Source: Candidatus Altimarinota bacterium
GTDB taxonomy: Bacteria > Patescibacteriota > Gracilibacteria > 1-14-2-50-48-13
NCBI GenBank assembly: GCA_046314355.1
Contig: JBKBWQ010000001.1
Coordinates: 224,001 to 288,000 of the forward strand
Length of the DNA stretch: 64,000 nucleotides
Direction of reading: 5' to 3'
Program-made: the position numbers and the translations under genes
Part shown: positions 50,342 through 60,724 of the stretch, piece by piece
How positions within the stretch are numbered: position 1 is the stretch's first letter
Layout of the letters: every line of letters begins with the position of its first letter
The notes under the pieces: model-generated
Seen by the model: only the letters and a program-made list of their open reading frames with translations
Told to the model about the DNA's origin: nothing
Databases searched by the model: none

Positions 50342-51040
50342 ATGGAACGCAAATATATCATCCTAAAAGCAATCATAGAGAGCTTTATTGTATCCGCTGA
50401 ACCTATCGGATCCAAGTTTTTATTGGGATCTACGGAGCTTGATGTTAGTCCTGCTACTATCCGTAATGATATGGCGACCTTAGAAAAGATGGGACTTATC
50501 TACCAGCCGTATACATCAGCGGGACGAGTACCTACAACTAAGGGATTTAGAATGTACGTGGATGAGCTTATGGGCGACCTGCATGCAGCAGCGATGGATC
50601 AAAAAGCATTAGCTAAGAATCATATCGAAAGACGTGTGACTGAGGATAAGATATACCATTCCGTTAGTCTTCTTTCCCGTACCTGTGCAAATGTAAGTTT
50701 TGCAACAATTCCAAATTTAAAGAAATCCTACTTTCTAGGATTATCAAATATGCTTCAGACACCTGAATTTCAGCGTTCTATTGAGGCATACACGGTGATC
50801 AAGATCCTTGAGGACTCTGATCAGTTCATTGACCTCTTAAGCGATCTACCGATCGATACAACGACAAAAGTATTTATTGGAGAAGAAAACATTATTCCTG
50901 AAATTCAGAGCTGCAGTCTGATAGCTACAACCTTTGAACTTCCTGAGCTTGGTAGAGGAGTCATCGGTATTCTTGGACCGAAAAGAATGAACTATGCCTT
51001 TAATATGGCAACACTTGAGATGGTAAGAAATAATCTCTAA
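50342..51040 (+). CDS. hrcA: Heat-inducible transcription repressor (short form)
   Basis: AEPIGSK, VSPATIRNDM, QPYTSAGRVPT..G.R.YVD, IGEEN, GILGPKRMNY. Confidence 0.95.
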   Translation: MERKYIILKAIIESFIVSAEPIGSKFLLGSTELDVSPATIRNDMATLEKMGLIYQPYTSAGRVPTTKGFRMYVDELMGDLHAAAMDQKALAKNHIERRVTEDKIYHSVSLLSRTCANVSFATIPNLKKSYFLGLSNMLQTPEFQRSIEAYTVIKILEDSDQFIDLLSDLPIDTTTKVFIGEENIIPEIQSCSLIATTFELPELGRGVIGILGPKRMNYAFNMATLEMVRNNL

Positions 51041-51059
51041 AATAATTTGATTTAAAACA

Positions 51060-51091
51060 AAAAAACGCCATTCTCTCGAATGACGTTTTTT
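51060..51091. terminator. Bidirectional terminator between hrcA and ftsH
   Basis: AAAAAACGCCATTCTCTCGAATGACGTTTTTT. Confidence 0.75.
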
Positions 51092-51097
51092 ATATAC

Positions 51098-53026
51098 TTA
51101 TGCGATTACTTCACCTTTGATATGCTTATGTAATCCCGGTTTCACAGGAACTTTTGCATTATACTTAGTAAAGTATTCTATAAACTCCTCTTCATTGATC
51201 TCCTCTTTTTTCAGAAGATCCGTCGCGGCTTCATCAATGAGGTCTTTGTAAGTTACTACAATATCCTTTGTAGTGTTGTAAGCTGTATCAAGAATCGCCC
51301 GTACTTCATCATCGATGATCTTTGCTGTTTCATCGCTATAGATCTTAGATTCTCCAAGATCTCTTCCTAGGAAGACATTTTTTCGGGTTTCTAGCACCAT
51401 TGGTCCAATCTTAGAACTCATACCGTATTCAGTGACCATCTTACGTGCAAGTTCAGATGCTCTTTCGAGGTCATTTGATGCACCTGTGGTGATTAGATGT
51501 GCCCCAAAGAATATTTCTTCAGCGACACGTCCTCCAAGGAGAGAACAGATCTCCTGTTCAAATTTGATCTTAGACTGAAGATGTACATCTTCTTCAGGTA
51601 GGAACCATGTCACACCAAGCGCCATACCTCTAGAGACCACAGAGATTTTATGTACTGGATCACAGTAAGGAAGCATGTGTCCAACTACTGCGTGTCCCAA
51701 TTCATGGTACGCTGTAATCTTCTTCTCTTCATCTGAGAGTCTTCGAGACTTTCTTTCTGGTCCGATAGTTACCTTTTCAATCGCTTCAGTTACAAGCGGC
51801 ATTGAGATTTCCTTTAGATTTCTTTTTGCTGCGAGTATTGCACTTTCATTCAAAAGATTTTCAAGATCAGCACCAGTAAATCCTGGAGTTTTTTTAGCAA
51901 TAGTCTTCATATCCACATCCACTGTAAGCGGTTTCTTTCTTGCATGAACCTTAAGGATCTCCTCACGTTCAACAACATTTGGTCTATCAATAACTACTCG
52001 CTTATCAAATCGTCCAGGACGAAGTAGGGCAGAGTCTAGAATATCAGGTCTATTCGTACCAGCGATTACAATTACACTTGTATCATTTTCAAATCCATCC
52101 ATTTCTGTAAGAATTTGATTGAGTGTCTGTTCACGCTCGTCATGTCCTCCTCCCATACCAGCACCACGCTGTCTACCTACTGCATCAATTTCATCTATAA
52201 AGATAATAGATGGAGCAAACTTCTTAGCTTTTTTGAAGAGATCTCGTACTCGTGAAGCACCAACACCTACAAACATTTCTACGAACTCAGATCCTGAGAT
52301 ACTAAAGAAAGGTACGTCTGCTTCACCTGCCACAGCTCGTGCAAGTAATGTTTTACCTGTTCCTGGAGGGCCGAATAAAAGTACTCCTTTAGGAATCTTT
52401 GCTCCCATCTTTGTATACTTCTTTGGACTTTTCAAAAAATCTACTACATCCGCAAGCTCCTCTTTTGCTTCCTCTGCACCTGCCACATCAGCAAAAGTAG
52501 TTTTATTTTTCTCCTTATCGTTGAGACGCGCCTTACTTTGACCAAAACTAAAGGCAGAGTTTGCTGATCCTTGAGCCTGCTTTAATACAAAAAGCAGAAT
52601 GACTGCAAGTAGTACAAAAGGAAGTAGCCCTCCAATAATATTTATAATCTTGTTTTCAGTTGTACGGTCTTTTGTCTCTAATCCGACTGGTGATACCTCC
52701 ATTTTTACAGGATCATCCAGGAAGCCCAAAACTTTTACATCCTCAATGGAAGTACCAGTTGGAACAGTTGCAACGTATTTCTGGCTGTCTTTTGCTTCTC
52801 CAATAAGTTTGTTGGCATCAAGCACAACTCTCTGTACTTCACCTGCTTTGTACTTTTGCTGAAGCTCACTGATAGTTACATCCTGAGATTTAGTATTATT
52901 TCCGTAAGGGCTTAAAAGTGTTACAGCTCCTGCTATGGCCAAAGCCACAATGAGGAATATAACGAAATTATTCGGCCGCTGCATCTTTGGTCCGCGACTT
53001 GAAGGTGTATTATTTGATTCTTTCAT
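51098..53026 (-). CDS. ftsH: ATP-dependent zinc metalloprotease FtsH (likely start MKESN at 53026)
   Basis: Two TMs, [30 protein letters not shown]. Confidence 0.97.
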   Translation of the reverse strand: MKESNNTPSSRGPKMQRPNNFVIFLIVALAIAGAVTLLSPYGNNTKSQDVTISELQQKYKAGEVQRVVLDANKLIGEAKDSQKYVATVPTGTSIEDVKVLGFLDDPVKMEVSPVGLETKDRTTENKIINIIGGLLPFVLLAVILLFVLKQAQGSANSAFSFGQSKARLNDKEKNKTTFADVAGAEEAKEELADVVDFLKSPKKYTKMGAKIPKGVLLFGPPGTGKTLLARAVAGEADVPFFSISGSEFVEMFVGVGASRVRDLFKKAKKFAPSIIFIDEIDAVGRQRGAGMGGGHDEREQTLNQILTEMDGFENDTSVIVIAGTNRPDILDSALLRPGRFDKRVVIDRPNVVEREEILKVHARKKPLTVDVDMKTIAKKTPGFTGADLENLLNESAILAAKRNLKEISMPLVTEAIEKVTIGPERKSRRLSDEEKKITAYHELGHAVVGHMLPYCDPVHKISVVSRGMALGVTWFLPEEDVHLQSKIKFEQEICSLLGGRVAEEIFFGAHLITTGASNDLERASELARKMVTEYGMSSKIGPMVLETRKNVFLGRDLGESKIYSDETAKIIDDEVRAILDTAYNTTKDIVVTYKDLIDEAATDLLKKEEINEEEFIEYFTKYNAKVPVKPGLHKHIKGEVIA

Positions 53027-53055
53027 TTGAATATGACTATAAATTGAAAGTGTTT

Positions 53056-53082
53056 CTGGCACTCGTCCATGAAGAGTGCTCT
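53056..53082 (-). promoter_or_regulatory. CIRCE operator (HrcA binding site) upstream of ftsH
   Basis: CTGGCACTC-N9-GAGTGCTCT versus consensus TTAGCACTC-N9-GAGTGCTAA; lies just downstream of TTGCAG-16-TACAAT on the minus strand (53115-53088). Confidence 0.85.
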
Positions 53083-53190
53083 TTATCATTGTAGTGAAAG
53101 TTTGAGAATCTGCAACATGAGTCTCTGCGAATGTATTGAAAAAGCCTGAAATTACTTTAGGATTTTTCTAATATTCATAGCCATTACTAT

Positions 53191-53868
53191 ATGCGTGGAA
53201 AGCTCATTGTACTTGAAGGAGGGGACAGTTCAGGCAAATCTACGCAGTTTCGCGCACTGAAGGAACGTCTTGAAAAAGAAAATATATCTTTCTATACAAC
53301 GAAGTTCCCAAGACATGATCATCCCTCTGCATATTTTGTAGATAAAATGCTCCGAGGTGAATATGGAAGTCTAGAAGAACAAAATCCCTACAGAACTTCT
53401 CTATTTTACGCACTTGATAGATTCGACGCTATGCCGGAGATCAATGATGCACTTCATGATGGGAAGTTGGTCATATTAGACCGCTATACCTCTGCAAACA
53501 TTGGACATCAGGGAAGCAAGATCCAGGATGCGGCGAAACGTTCTGCTTACATTCAATGGCTGGAGGATCTTGAATATAATATTTGCGGAATTCCAAAACC
53601 TGATAAGGTCTATTATCTTCATATGCCCACAGAGAAAGCATTAGAGCTATTGGAAAAACGAAATACAGCTTCCGCTGCACCAAAAGAAGTAGATATACAT
53701 GAACAAGATGCTAGTCATTTATATAAAACTGAGGAAGCATATCTCGAGGCTGTACGATTATTTACTAACTGGGAAATAATCGAATGTGCAGAGCACAATC
53801 GTATCAGATCAATAGAAGAGATTCATGAGGATCTTTATATACGAGTACAAAAAGACTTTCTAATATAG
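53191..53868 (+). CDS. tmk: Thymidylate kinase
   Basis: LEGGDSSGKSTQ, FPR, LFYALDR, ILDRY..AN..HQ. Confidence 0.93.
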   Translation: MRGKLIVLEGGDSSGKSTQFRALKERLEKENISFYTTKFPRHDHPSAYFVDKMLRGEYGSLEEQNPYRTSLFYALDRFDAMPEINDALHDGKLVILDRYTSANIGHQGSKIQDAAKRSAYIQWLEDLEYNICGIPKPDKVYYLHMPTEKALELLEKRNTASAAPKEVDIHEQDASHLYKTEEAYLEAVRLFTNWEIIECAEHNRIRSIEEIHEDLYIRVQKDFLI

Positions 53869-53875
53869 AGAGTAC

Positions 53876-54490
53876 TTATTCTTTTGAACTCGAATCAATA
53901 ATAAATTTTATCGGTTTGTAAGTTTTACGATGAATATCACAGATATGAAACTTTTTTAAAGCATCTTGATGTTTTTTAGTGCCATATCCTTTATGAAGAT
54001 CAAAACTATAGTCTGGATAAAGTTTTGCATATTCCTGCATTTTTCTATCCCTGGTTACTTTTGCAATTACTGAAGCTGCAGCGATAGCCTCATATGCACT
54101 ATCACCTTTAATAATATATTTTGCAGAATAGTTAAATATAAAATTATCTTTTCCATCGATCAGTAAAAACTCTGGTATCAGATTTAAATTATCTAAAGCT
54201 CTCTTCATTGCAGTATGGGTTGCTTTTCTGATACCAATCGTATCTATTTCTTCTGCACTACATTCTCCTACACCATATGTGACATGCTTTATTAAGATTT
54301 CATAAAGATGCTCCCGTTCTTTTTCAGAGAGTTTTTTTGAATCATTTAAGCCTGGAAGTATAAAATCTCCCATAAATACAGCGGCAGCAGTTACTGGACC
54401 TGCCCAAGGACCACGACCAGCTTCATCTATTCCTACAGTAAGAACGGGGAATTGATCGATAGGAAGAAACTTATGAATTGTTTTTCTCAT
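53876..54490 (-). CDS. rnhB: Ribonuclease HII
   Basis: GIDEAGRGPWAGPV, DSKKL, IDG, KGD, AAASVIAKVTRD, HKGYGT. Confidence 0.97.
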   Translation of the reverse strand: MRKTIHKFLPIDQFPVLTVGIDEAGRGPWAGPVTAAAVFMGDFILPGLNDSKKLSEKEREHLYEILIKHVTYGVGECSAEEIDTIGIRKATHTAMKRALDNLNLIPEFLLIDGKDNFIFNYSAKYIIKGDSAYEAIAAASVIAKVTRDRKMQEYAKLYPDYSFDLHKGYGTKKHQDALKKFHICDIHRKTYKPIKFIIDSSSKE

Positions 54491-54492
54491 AT

Positions 54493-54522
54493 AAAAAAGA
54501 AGAGAGCCTATGCGGCTCTCTT
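54493..54522 (-). terminator. Intrinsic terminator after trxA
   Basis: AAGAGAGCC-N5-GGCTCTCTT with a T-tract on the minus strand. Confidence 0.65.
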
Positions 54523-54538
54523 AAGTATTATGTAGTAG

Positions 54539-54880
54539 TTATGCAGCGTTATTATCATTTGATAGTAATCCTGACAAGATTTCTTTTAGCTCATCCTTCT
54601 GCTTCACTCCTACAAATTCTGATACTATCTTTCCATTTTTAAAGAATTTTACAGAAGGTATACTTGTAATATTATATTTATCTGCAAGGGCATCATTCTC
54701 ATCTACGTTTATTTTGACAACTTTAAGCTTACCCTCATATTCATTGGAAATATCTTCCACTATTGGACCTAGTATTCTACAAGGTCCGCACCATGCTGCC
54801 CAAAAATCTACAAGTGTCAGTACATCACTTTTTAATACTTCCTGTTCAAAGGTATCTGCTGTTGCTTCTATATGTGCCAT
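54539..54880 (-). CDS. trxA: Thioredoxin
   Basis: VDFWAAWCGPC, KINVDEN, SIP. Confidence 0.96.
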   Translation of the reverse strand: MAHIEATADTFEQEVLKSDVLTLVDFWAAWCGPCRILGPIVEDISNEYEGKLKVVKINVDENDALADKYNITSIPSVKFFKNGKIVSEFVGVKQKDELKEILSGLLSNDNNAA

Positions 54881-54946
54881 AAATTTTTATATAAATGTAA
54901 AACGTATTCTATTGTAGAGAAAAATACTGCTTTCTGCAAGTACTGA

Positions 54947-55243
54947 CTACTTCTTTTTAGTGTCTAGCAGAGAATGTATTGAAGCTTTTAACGTAGAAAT
55001 ATACTCCTTTAGGCTTGTATTTCTTATATTACTTACCTTTTGATTCACATACTCTTTAAGTTTATGAATAACTTGGGCAACTTTCTCTTTTGAAGCTTCA
55101 TCCTTTTCATTTGCACTACAGCTTATCCATATATCAGTATATGTTATAGGTATATCTTTCGCTTTCCAAGGACGAGCCTTCTTTTTCGGTTGTTCAGGAT
55201 AACCGAACTTAATATTAGATTTTTTTGAATCCCAACGGGCCAT
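54947..55243 (-). CDS. Small basic hypothetical protein
   Basis: 98-aa ATG ORF filling the intergenic space. Confidence 0.55.
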   Translation of the reverse strand: MARWDSKKSNIKFGYPEQPKKKARPWKAKDIPITYTDIWISCSANEKDEASKEKVAQVIHKLKEYVNQKVSNIRNTSLKEYISTLKASIHSLLDTKKK

Positions 55244-55438
55244 GAATGTATATTTAGAATAGTTTATGCTATTGTAATTTCATTTGTCAAAGCGTCAATA
55301 CAAAATTATCATCTAAAGATTTGCAAAACACTTCTGATTTAGTATAGTGATTGTGGAAAAGATTTTCAATAATGATCTAAAAACCATACATAGTGGGATC
55401 ATTAAAGAGCTTTCCTTATCATTTATATTGTAAACACT

Positions 55439-56638
55439 ATGTCTATTTTTATGCCTACAACAGCACAGCAGGGCTCTGTCATGGACAAGTTCCTTGAACA
55501 GACACTAACGGAAAAATGCAGATTTGAACTAGGAGACCTTGTCGAAGGTTCGATTATTGAAATCGACAAAGGAAAGATTCTAGTAGACCTCAATGGAGTA
55601 GCTACTGGTATTATTTCTGGTCGAGACATGAACGACAGTGGGAATACTAAAGAACAGCTCCAAAATGGAGATAAGGTATCTGCAATTGTTATCAGCGATG
55701 AGAACATTGACGGTCTTATCATCCTTTCACTCCGAAAGGCATCTCAGATGAAAGCTTGGGATAGATTCCAGGAGATTTATAAGAACAAAGAAACAATTAA
55801 AATTAAAGCTAGTGAAGCAAATAAAGGAGGACTCCTTCTCGATATGGATGGAATCAAGGCCTTCTTGCCAGTTTCACAGCTTGCACCGCTTCACTATCCA
55901 CGTGTGGAAGGAGCAAATTCTGAGAAGATCCTTGAGAGACTCAATAGTCTTATCGGTATCGACTTCTCAGTACGAATCATCAATATTGATGAGGAAGGAA
56001 AGAAGCTTATTCTCTCTGAGCGATCTGCTCTTGAGGAAGAGGTACAGGGAGCTCTCTCTAGCCTTAAGGTTGGACAGAAAGTTAAGGGAAAGATCAGTGG
56101 TATCGTAAGTTACGGTATCTTTGTTACTTTCAACGGACTTGAAGGACTTGTACATATTTCTGAAATCGCATGGGGACACGTAGCTAGTCCATCTCGATAC
56201 GGAAAAGTAGGAGATGAAGTAGAGATTCTTGTTATCGGAGTTGATGGAGGAAAGATTTCTCTCTCAATGAAGAGACTTAAGGATGATCCTTGGATCCAGA
56301 TTGCAAAGAAATTCAAGGTTGGAGATGTTGTAGAGGGACCTGTAACTCGTGTTACTGACTTCGGAGCATTTGTACATATTGAAAGCGATATCAATGGACT
56401 TATCCATCTCTCTGAGATTGCCCATGAAGTTGTAAAGGATGCAAATAACTTCCTTAAAGTTGGACAGAAGATTAAAGCAAAGATCATTACTCTTGATCTT
56501 GTAGAGCATAGAATTGGACTTTCTGTAAAGGAACTCCTTCCTAAGCCTGAGGGTATGGAGGAGCCAAAGAAAGAGGAAAAAGCTGAGAAGACTGAAGAGA
56601 AGAAAGAAGAAGCAGCTAGTGAAGAAAAAGCTGAGTAA
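55439..56638 (+). CDS. rpsA: 30S ribosomal protein S1 (four S1 domains)
   Basis: ANKGGL, FLPVSQL, EGLVHISEI.W, FGAFV..GLIHLSEI. Confidence 0.93.
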   Translation: MSIFMPTTAQQGSVMDKFLEQTLTEKCRFELGDLVEGSIIEIDKGKILVDLNGVATGIISGRDMNDSGNTKEQLQNGDKVSAIVISDENIDGLIILSLRKASQMKAWDRFQEIYKNKETIKIKASEANKGGLLLDMDGIKAFLPVSQLAPLHYPRVEGANSEKILERLNSLIGIDFSVRIINIDEEGKKLILSERSALEEEVQGALSSLKVGQKVKGKISGIVSYGIFVTFNGLEGLVHISEIAWGHVASPSRYGKVGDEVEILVIGVDGGKISLSMKRLKDDPWIQIAKKFKVGDVVEGPVTRVTDFGAFVHIESDINGLIHLSEIAHEVVKDANNFLKVGQKIKAKIITLDLVEHRIGLSVKELLPKPEGMEEPKKEEKAEKTEEKKEEAASEEKAE

Positions 56639-56643
56639 TAACG

Positions 56644-56682
56644 AAAAAGAGTCTGCCGCAAAATGCGGTGGGCTCTTTTTTT
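56644..56682 (+). terminator. Intrinsic terminator after rpsA
   Basis: AAAAAGAGTCTGCCGCA-AAA-TGCGGTGGGCTCTTTTTTT. Confidence 0.85.
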
Positions 56683-56729
56683 ACACTAAATATTTGATTG
56701 CCTTATCTATACATAAACAAAATGCAGAA

Positions 56730-56781
56730 TGAGTAATAGAAAATGAGTATGATCATTGTCATACTCATTTTCTATTACTCA
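56730..56781. repeat. Perfect 23-bp inverted repeat with a 6-nt loop
   Basis: TGAGTAATAGAAAATGAGTATGA-TCATTG-TCATACTCATTTTCTATTACTCA. Confidence 0.9.
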
Positions 56782-56791
56782 CAATTAAAAT

Positions 56792-59128
56792 TTAGTAGAG
56801 ATCTTTTAGGATTTGTCTGCCATAATCCTTTGTATACATTCTAGGATCATAGAGTTTAATAGTTTTCTTTGAATCAGGGCAAAGCTGTAGAGCTTTATAC
56901 AGCACTTCTCTCATGGTTTTCAATGTCATTGGAACAGTGAATTTTTCAAAAGTATTAATACGTTTCTGATCATAATACAATCCCTGAATATTTGGAAACG
57001 GCAATGAATGGAGAAGCAGCTCGTCAACTTTTGTAGTACTAGGCAATTGGAGGTAATCACTGAATTTAGCAATGAGAGCGCCATTCTCAGCATTTGAGAA
57101 CATATATTGTACTTTGTGGGTACCACCAGTCTTTCCGAAAGATACTACTGTATAATCTTGAGAGCTATTCTCAGAATAAATAGTTTCAAACATCTTATCC
57201 AACTTTGTTCCAGTATTGCAAAGTACTATAGTTTTTTTATCATTTTTAATATGTTCTTTAAAGAACATAATATCATTTTTCTCTAGGAGCTTTATCTCAT
57301 CTTCACTGAGATATTCAAAATCAATTTTTTCTTCAATTAATGAAATCACTTCATCTTTCTCAAGACAGTAGTAATTTGTAACTTGAATAAAATAGTCAAA
57401 ACTATCTAAATAAGTACTATCAATCATCGTAATGCTTCTTTTACTCAGAAAATGCTCTTTGCACTCCTCTAAGCTCTTTGGTTCACGGAATAATGTGACT
57501 TGATTGTTATAACTCTTTGCATAATAGAGATAGTTTATATCAGTTCTATCTAGAAAAGTATCCAATTGTTTCTCTATCTGCACTACATTTGTAAGAATAT
57601 TTTTCCTCACCTCTTCAGGGAAAGAAATGATTGAATCTTGTAGAGCAAGGAGACCTCTTGCGGAAAATACCTGAAGATCAGCTAATTCTTCAGAAAAATT
57701 TGCAAGTTCGCTTTGAATCATCTGTGAACGAGAGAGATGTTTGCCAATTTTCTCAAGGGAAGATGTAACAGTCAATAAAAGACTTTCGAGAATAGTTGCA
57801 TATTCCTGTGAATAAGTATTAAAAACCTGTAATCTTTCAACGCTTCTTCGGAATGACTCAATAGTAAAATAACTTCTCGATGCATCAAGAATATTAGGTT
57901 CAATACACATGGCACTCATAAGCACAATATGCTCTCTTTCTTTCAAAGTACTACTGCATATACCATGAAAATATTGATAATATGAAGTAGCCACTACTGC
58001 AAATTTATTAAGGTATTCGCAGAAATCCTTTTTAATTTGTTCGCTGTCATCTTCCTGAAGACAGTATTGAAAAAGAATATTTCTTTCCCGATGTGTAAGT
58101 TTTAAACGTGATTGAGGGATAAATGCATCAGATGAATTTAAGAAGAGAATTCGTAGTATCAAGACGCATTCAGCATCATTTAACTGATCCTTATTCCATA
58201 AGCTCTGAATTTTTTCCATAACAATAAGCTGGGAAGGCTGTTCAAGCAATAAGAGATACTCATGCCACATTTGTGTATCTGCACATTCTCTAAAATGTTC
58301 TAAATCTGAATTGCTTCCAAGAATAATAACATCTTTAAGCCCCTTATCTTTTGTAGCATGCATAAGTGCTTTTTGAGGCTGAAGAAAAGCCGGTATAGCC
58401 ACAAATTTACCCATATTCATACTTAAATTTGCTTTCAATTCAGAGAAGATTTTGAGCTTCTGAGGCTTATAGTATTGTGACGTAGTATCTTCTTCACGTA
58501 TATTTACTGAATGAACTGGTGTTGCATCTGAGATGGTCAGATCAAAGAAATGCCGTCCACCCCATTCTTGTTTACTCATCAAAAGAGCAACTTGTTCTTT
58601 ATATATTACTCCAAGCTCACTCTCATATTTTTTCTTTAAAATTTTAAAGAGCTCATAAGAAGCGAGCACATCTCCCATTGCCCGATGCTTCTCAACATGC
58701 TCTATCTGAAAATATGAAGAGAGTATCTCAAGACTATGTGATGGAATCTCAGGGTAAAGCAGAGTAGAGAAGTCGTTTGTATCAAGATAATTATCTGCTG
58801 TAAATTCAAATCCGAAGGCATTCAGAAAATTACAGTCGAACTGAATATTATGTCCAATGACAGGCATATTTTTATACTCTCCAAGAAATGTTTTGAATTC
58901 CTCTAATACTTTTTTCCTCTCAGGGGCATCACTGAGCATTTCAGCGCTAATACCAGTGAGCGTATAAATAAAATCTGACACCTCTGTACTTCCAGGAGAC
59001 ACTAGACTTTGAAAACGACGTACAATCCCATTTTCATCACAAATAATAGCACCTATATCTATGATCGTATCACCTTTCTCTGGAGAGAATCCAGTGGTTT
59101 CCAGATCAAGAACGAGAAAAGTATTCAT
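56792..59128 (-). CDS. DEDDh 3'-5' exonuclease fused to a degenerate DinG-like helicase
   Basis: DLETTG, GHNIQFD, HRAMGD; LPFP and LYDPR DinG C-terminal remnants; no Walker A or DEAH visible. Confidence 0.8.
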   Translation of the reverse strand: MNTFLVLDLETTGFSPEKGDTIIDIGAIICDENGIVRRFQSLVSPGSTEVSDFIYTLTGISAEMLSDAPERKKVLEEFKTFLGEYKNMPVIGHNIQFDCNFLNAFGFEFTADNYLDTNDFSTLLYPEIPSHSLEILSSYFQIEHVEKHRAMGDVLASYELFKILKKKYESELGVIYKEQVALLMSKQEWGGRHFFDLTISDATPVHSVNIREEDTTSQYYKPQKLKIFSELKANLSMNMGKFVAIPAFLQPQKALMHATKDKGLKDVIILGSNSDLEHFRECADTQMWHEYLLLLEQPSQLIVMEKIQSLWNKDQLNDAECVLILRILFLNSSDAFIPQSRLKLTHRERNILFQYCLQEDDSEQIKKDFCEYLNKFAVVATSYYQYFHGICSSTLKEREHIVLMSAMCIEPNILDASRSYFTIESFRRSVERLQVFNTYSQEYATILESLLLTVTSSLEKIGKHLSRSQMIQSELANFSEELADLQVFSARGLLALQDSIISFPEEVRKNILTNVVQIEKQLDTFLDRTDINYLYYAKSYNNQVTLFREPKSLEECKEHFLSKRSITMIDSTYLDSFDYFIQVTNYYCLEKDEVISLIEEKIDFEYLSEDEIKLLEKNDIMFFKEHIKNDKKTIVLCNTGTKLDKMFETIYSENSSQDYTVVSFGKTGGTHKVQYMFSNAENGALIAKFSDYLQLPSTTKVDELLLHSLPFPNIQGLYYDQKRINTFEKFTVPMTLKTMREVLYKALQLCPDSKKTIKLYDPRMYTKDYGRQILKDLY

Positions 59129-59269
59129 AGATATAAGCGGACGTTAGAAAGAAATATTGAATATTATACTGATCTTCCCCGACTTAAAGAGGATTTGCAA
59201 GGAAAAAGTAGAGAAAATATTTATATCGTGTACAATAGATTTACTTTATTTCATCTTCTGTAGAGAAAA

Positions 59270-60007
59270 ATGGAAATGCGTATAGCAAAATTTTTAGCAA
59301 ATGCGGGATTGGGAGCACGGAGGACTATGGAGACATATGTACTTGAGGGAAGAGTGAAAGTAAATGGAGAAGTATTTACAGAACTTGGAAAAAAAATTGA
59401 TTCCGAAAAAGATATAATTGAAATGGATGGAAAAAAAATTGAACTCAAATCTGAACATCTCTATATAGCTCTCAATAAACCTGCTGGCTATCTTTCTACC
59501 ACAGAGGATACTCACGGCAGAAAGACCGTCTTAGACCTGCTCTCAAGCGATCCAACTCTCCAAGGAGAAAAACTCGCCATAGTGGGGCGGTTGGATAAAG
59601 AGAGTGAAGGATTATTACTGCTTACGAATGATGGTGCTTTGGCACACAAGCTTATGCATCCAAGCTTTGAAAAGGAAAAAGAATATATCGTGCATTTTAG
59701 AGGTCATCTCTCTGATGAAGCTCTAGAGCAGCTAGAAAAGGGTGTTTATATTCCGACTGATGAGGGAACTTTTATGACCCAGCCCGTCAAAGTCTTTTCC
59801 ATAGACTACAAAAACGGCAGAACAAAGGTGCATATGATCTTGAAAAAAGGGAAGAAGAGACAAATCCGTCTGATGGGTGAAGCTGTTGGAAGTCAGGTCA
59901 CTCATCTTCAGCGAATAAGAATAGGTACACTCAAGCTAAAAAATTTACCGCTAAGTGAGTTTCGCAGACTTGATGAGAAAGAAATAGAATCATTACAATC
60001 TCTCTAA
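59270..60007 (+). CDS. RsuA/RluB-family rRNA pseudouridine synthase
   Basis: S4 domain, LNKPAG, VGRLDKESEGLLLLTNDG, EKEY, RQIR. Confidence 0.95.
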   Translation: MEMRIAKFLANAGLGARRTMETYVLEGRVKVNGEVFTELGKKIDSEKDIIEMDGKKIELKSEHLYIALNKPAGYLSTTEDTHGRKTVLDLLSSDPTLQGEKLAIVGRLDKESEGLLLLTNDGALAHKLMHPSFEKEKEYIVHFRGHLSDEALEQLEKGVYIPTDEGTFMTQPVKVFSIDYKNGRTKVHMILKKGKKRQIRLMGEAVGSQVTHLQRIRIGTLKLKNLPLSEFRRLDEKEIESLQSL

Positions 60008-60013
60008 TATTCC

Positions 60014-60724
60014 ATGACTACTGTTCAAAAAGAATTAAATATTTATGATATTTTGTGGTTTATAGTACTGAGTGCTGTATTACTTGGTGCTTTGATGGGA
60101 GGACTTTATTTGCTTCCTGAGACAGCTAAAATATATCTACAGGAACACAGAGAGTATTTAAGTCTGCTTATATTTGCAGAACAGGCAATCCGCATACTTC
60201 CAGTGATCATTCTAGTACTTAGAAAAAAGAAAGATGACTTCTTCCAAAGTCTAGGGTTTAAAAAAGTATCATTTGAGGAGCTCATACTTTATCCTCTAGC
60301 TGCTCTGGTTATTTCTTGGGGAGTACTGCTCTTGCTGCAGCTATTGATGTATCTCTACGGTTTAGATGCGATTCCTGGACTAAGTGGTACGCAAGAGAAT
60401 ATTTTTGAAGTGTTTGGAAAAAATTCATGGAGTATCTATATCGTATTTATATCAGCAGCAGTGATTGCGCCGGTATTGGAAGAAATCACTTATAGAGGTT
60501 TCCTACAGCAGATTATCATGAAGTACAGTACTCCATTCGCGAGTACTCTCATAACTGCTGGTATCTTTTCTCTAGCACATATGCAGCTTCAAGTAGCATT
60601 ACCTCTCTTTATATTAGGGGTAATCCTATCCACTTTATATACAAAAACCCGGAGTATCTGGCCAGGTATTGTATTTCACGTATTGAACAATACTATATCA
60701 CTTCTGGCATTACTGCTGCAGTAG
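60014..60724 (+). CDS. CPBP (CAAX/Abi) family intramembrane metalloprotease
   Basis: APVLEEITYRG, FSLAH, H..NN. Confidence 0.9.
   Translation: MTTVQKELNIYDILWFIVLSAVLLGALMGGLYLLPETAKIYLQEHREYLSLLIFAEQAIRILPVIILVLRKKKDDFFQSLGFKKVSFEELILYPLAALVISWGVLLLLQLLMYLYGLDAIPGLSGTQENIFEVFGKNSWSIYIVFISAAVIAPVLEEITYRGFLQQIIMKYSTPFASTLITAGIFSLAHMQLQVALPLFILGVILSTLYTKTRSIWPGIVFHVLNNTISLLALLLQ

Noticed and set aside
53027-53089. N-terminal extension of FtsH given in the ORF track
   Set aside because: It overlaps the CIRCE operator and the -10 box; the ATG at 53026 is more plausible.
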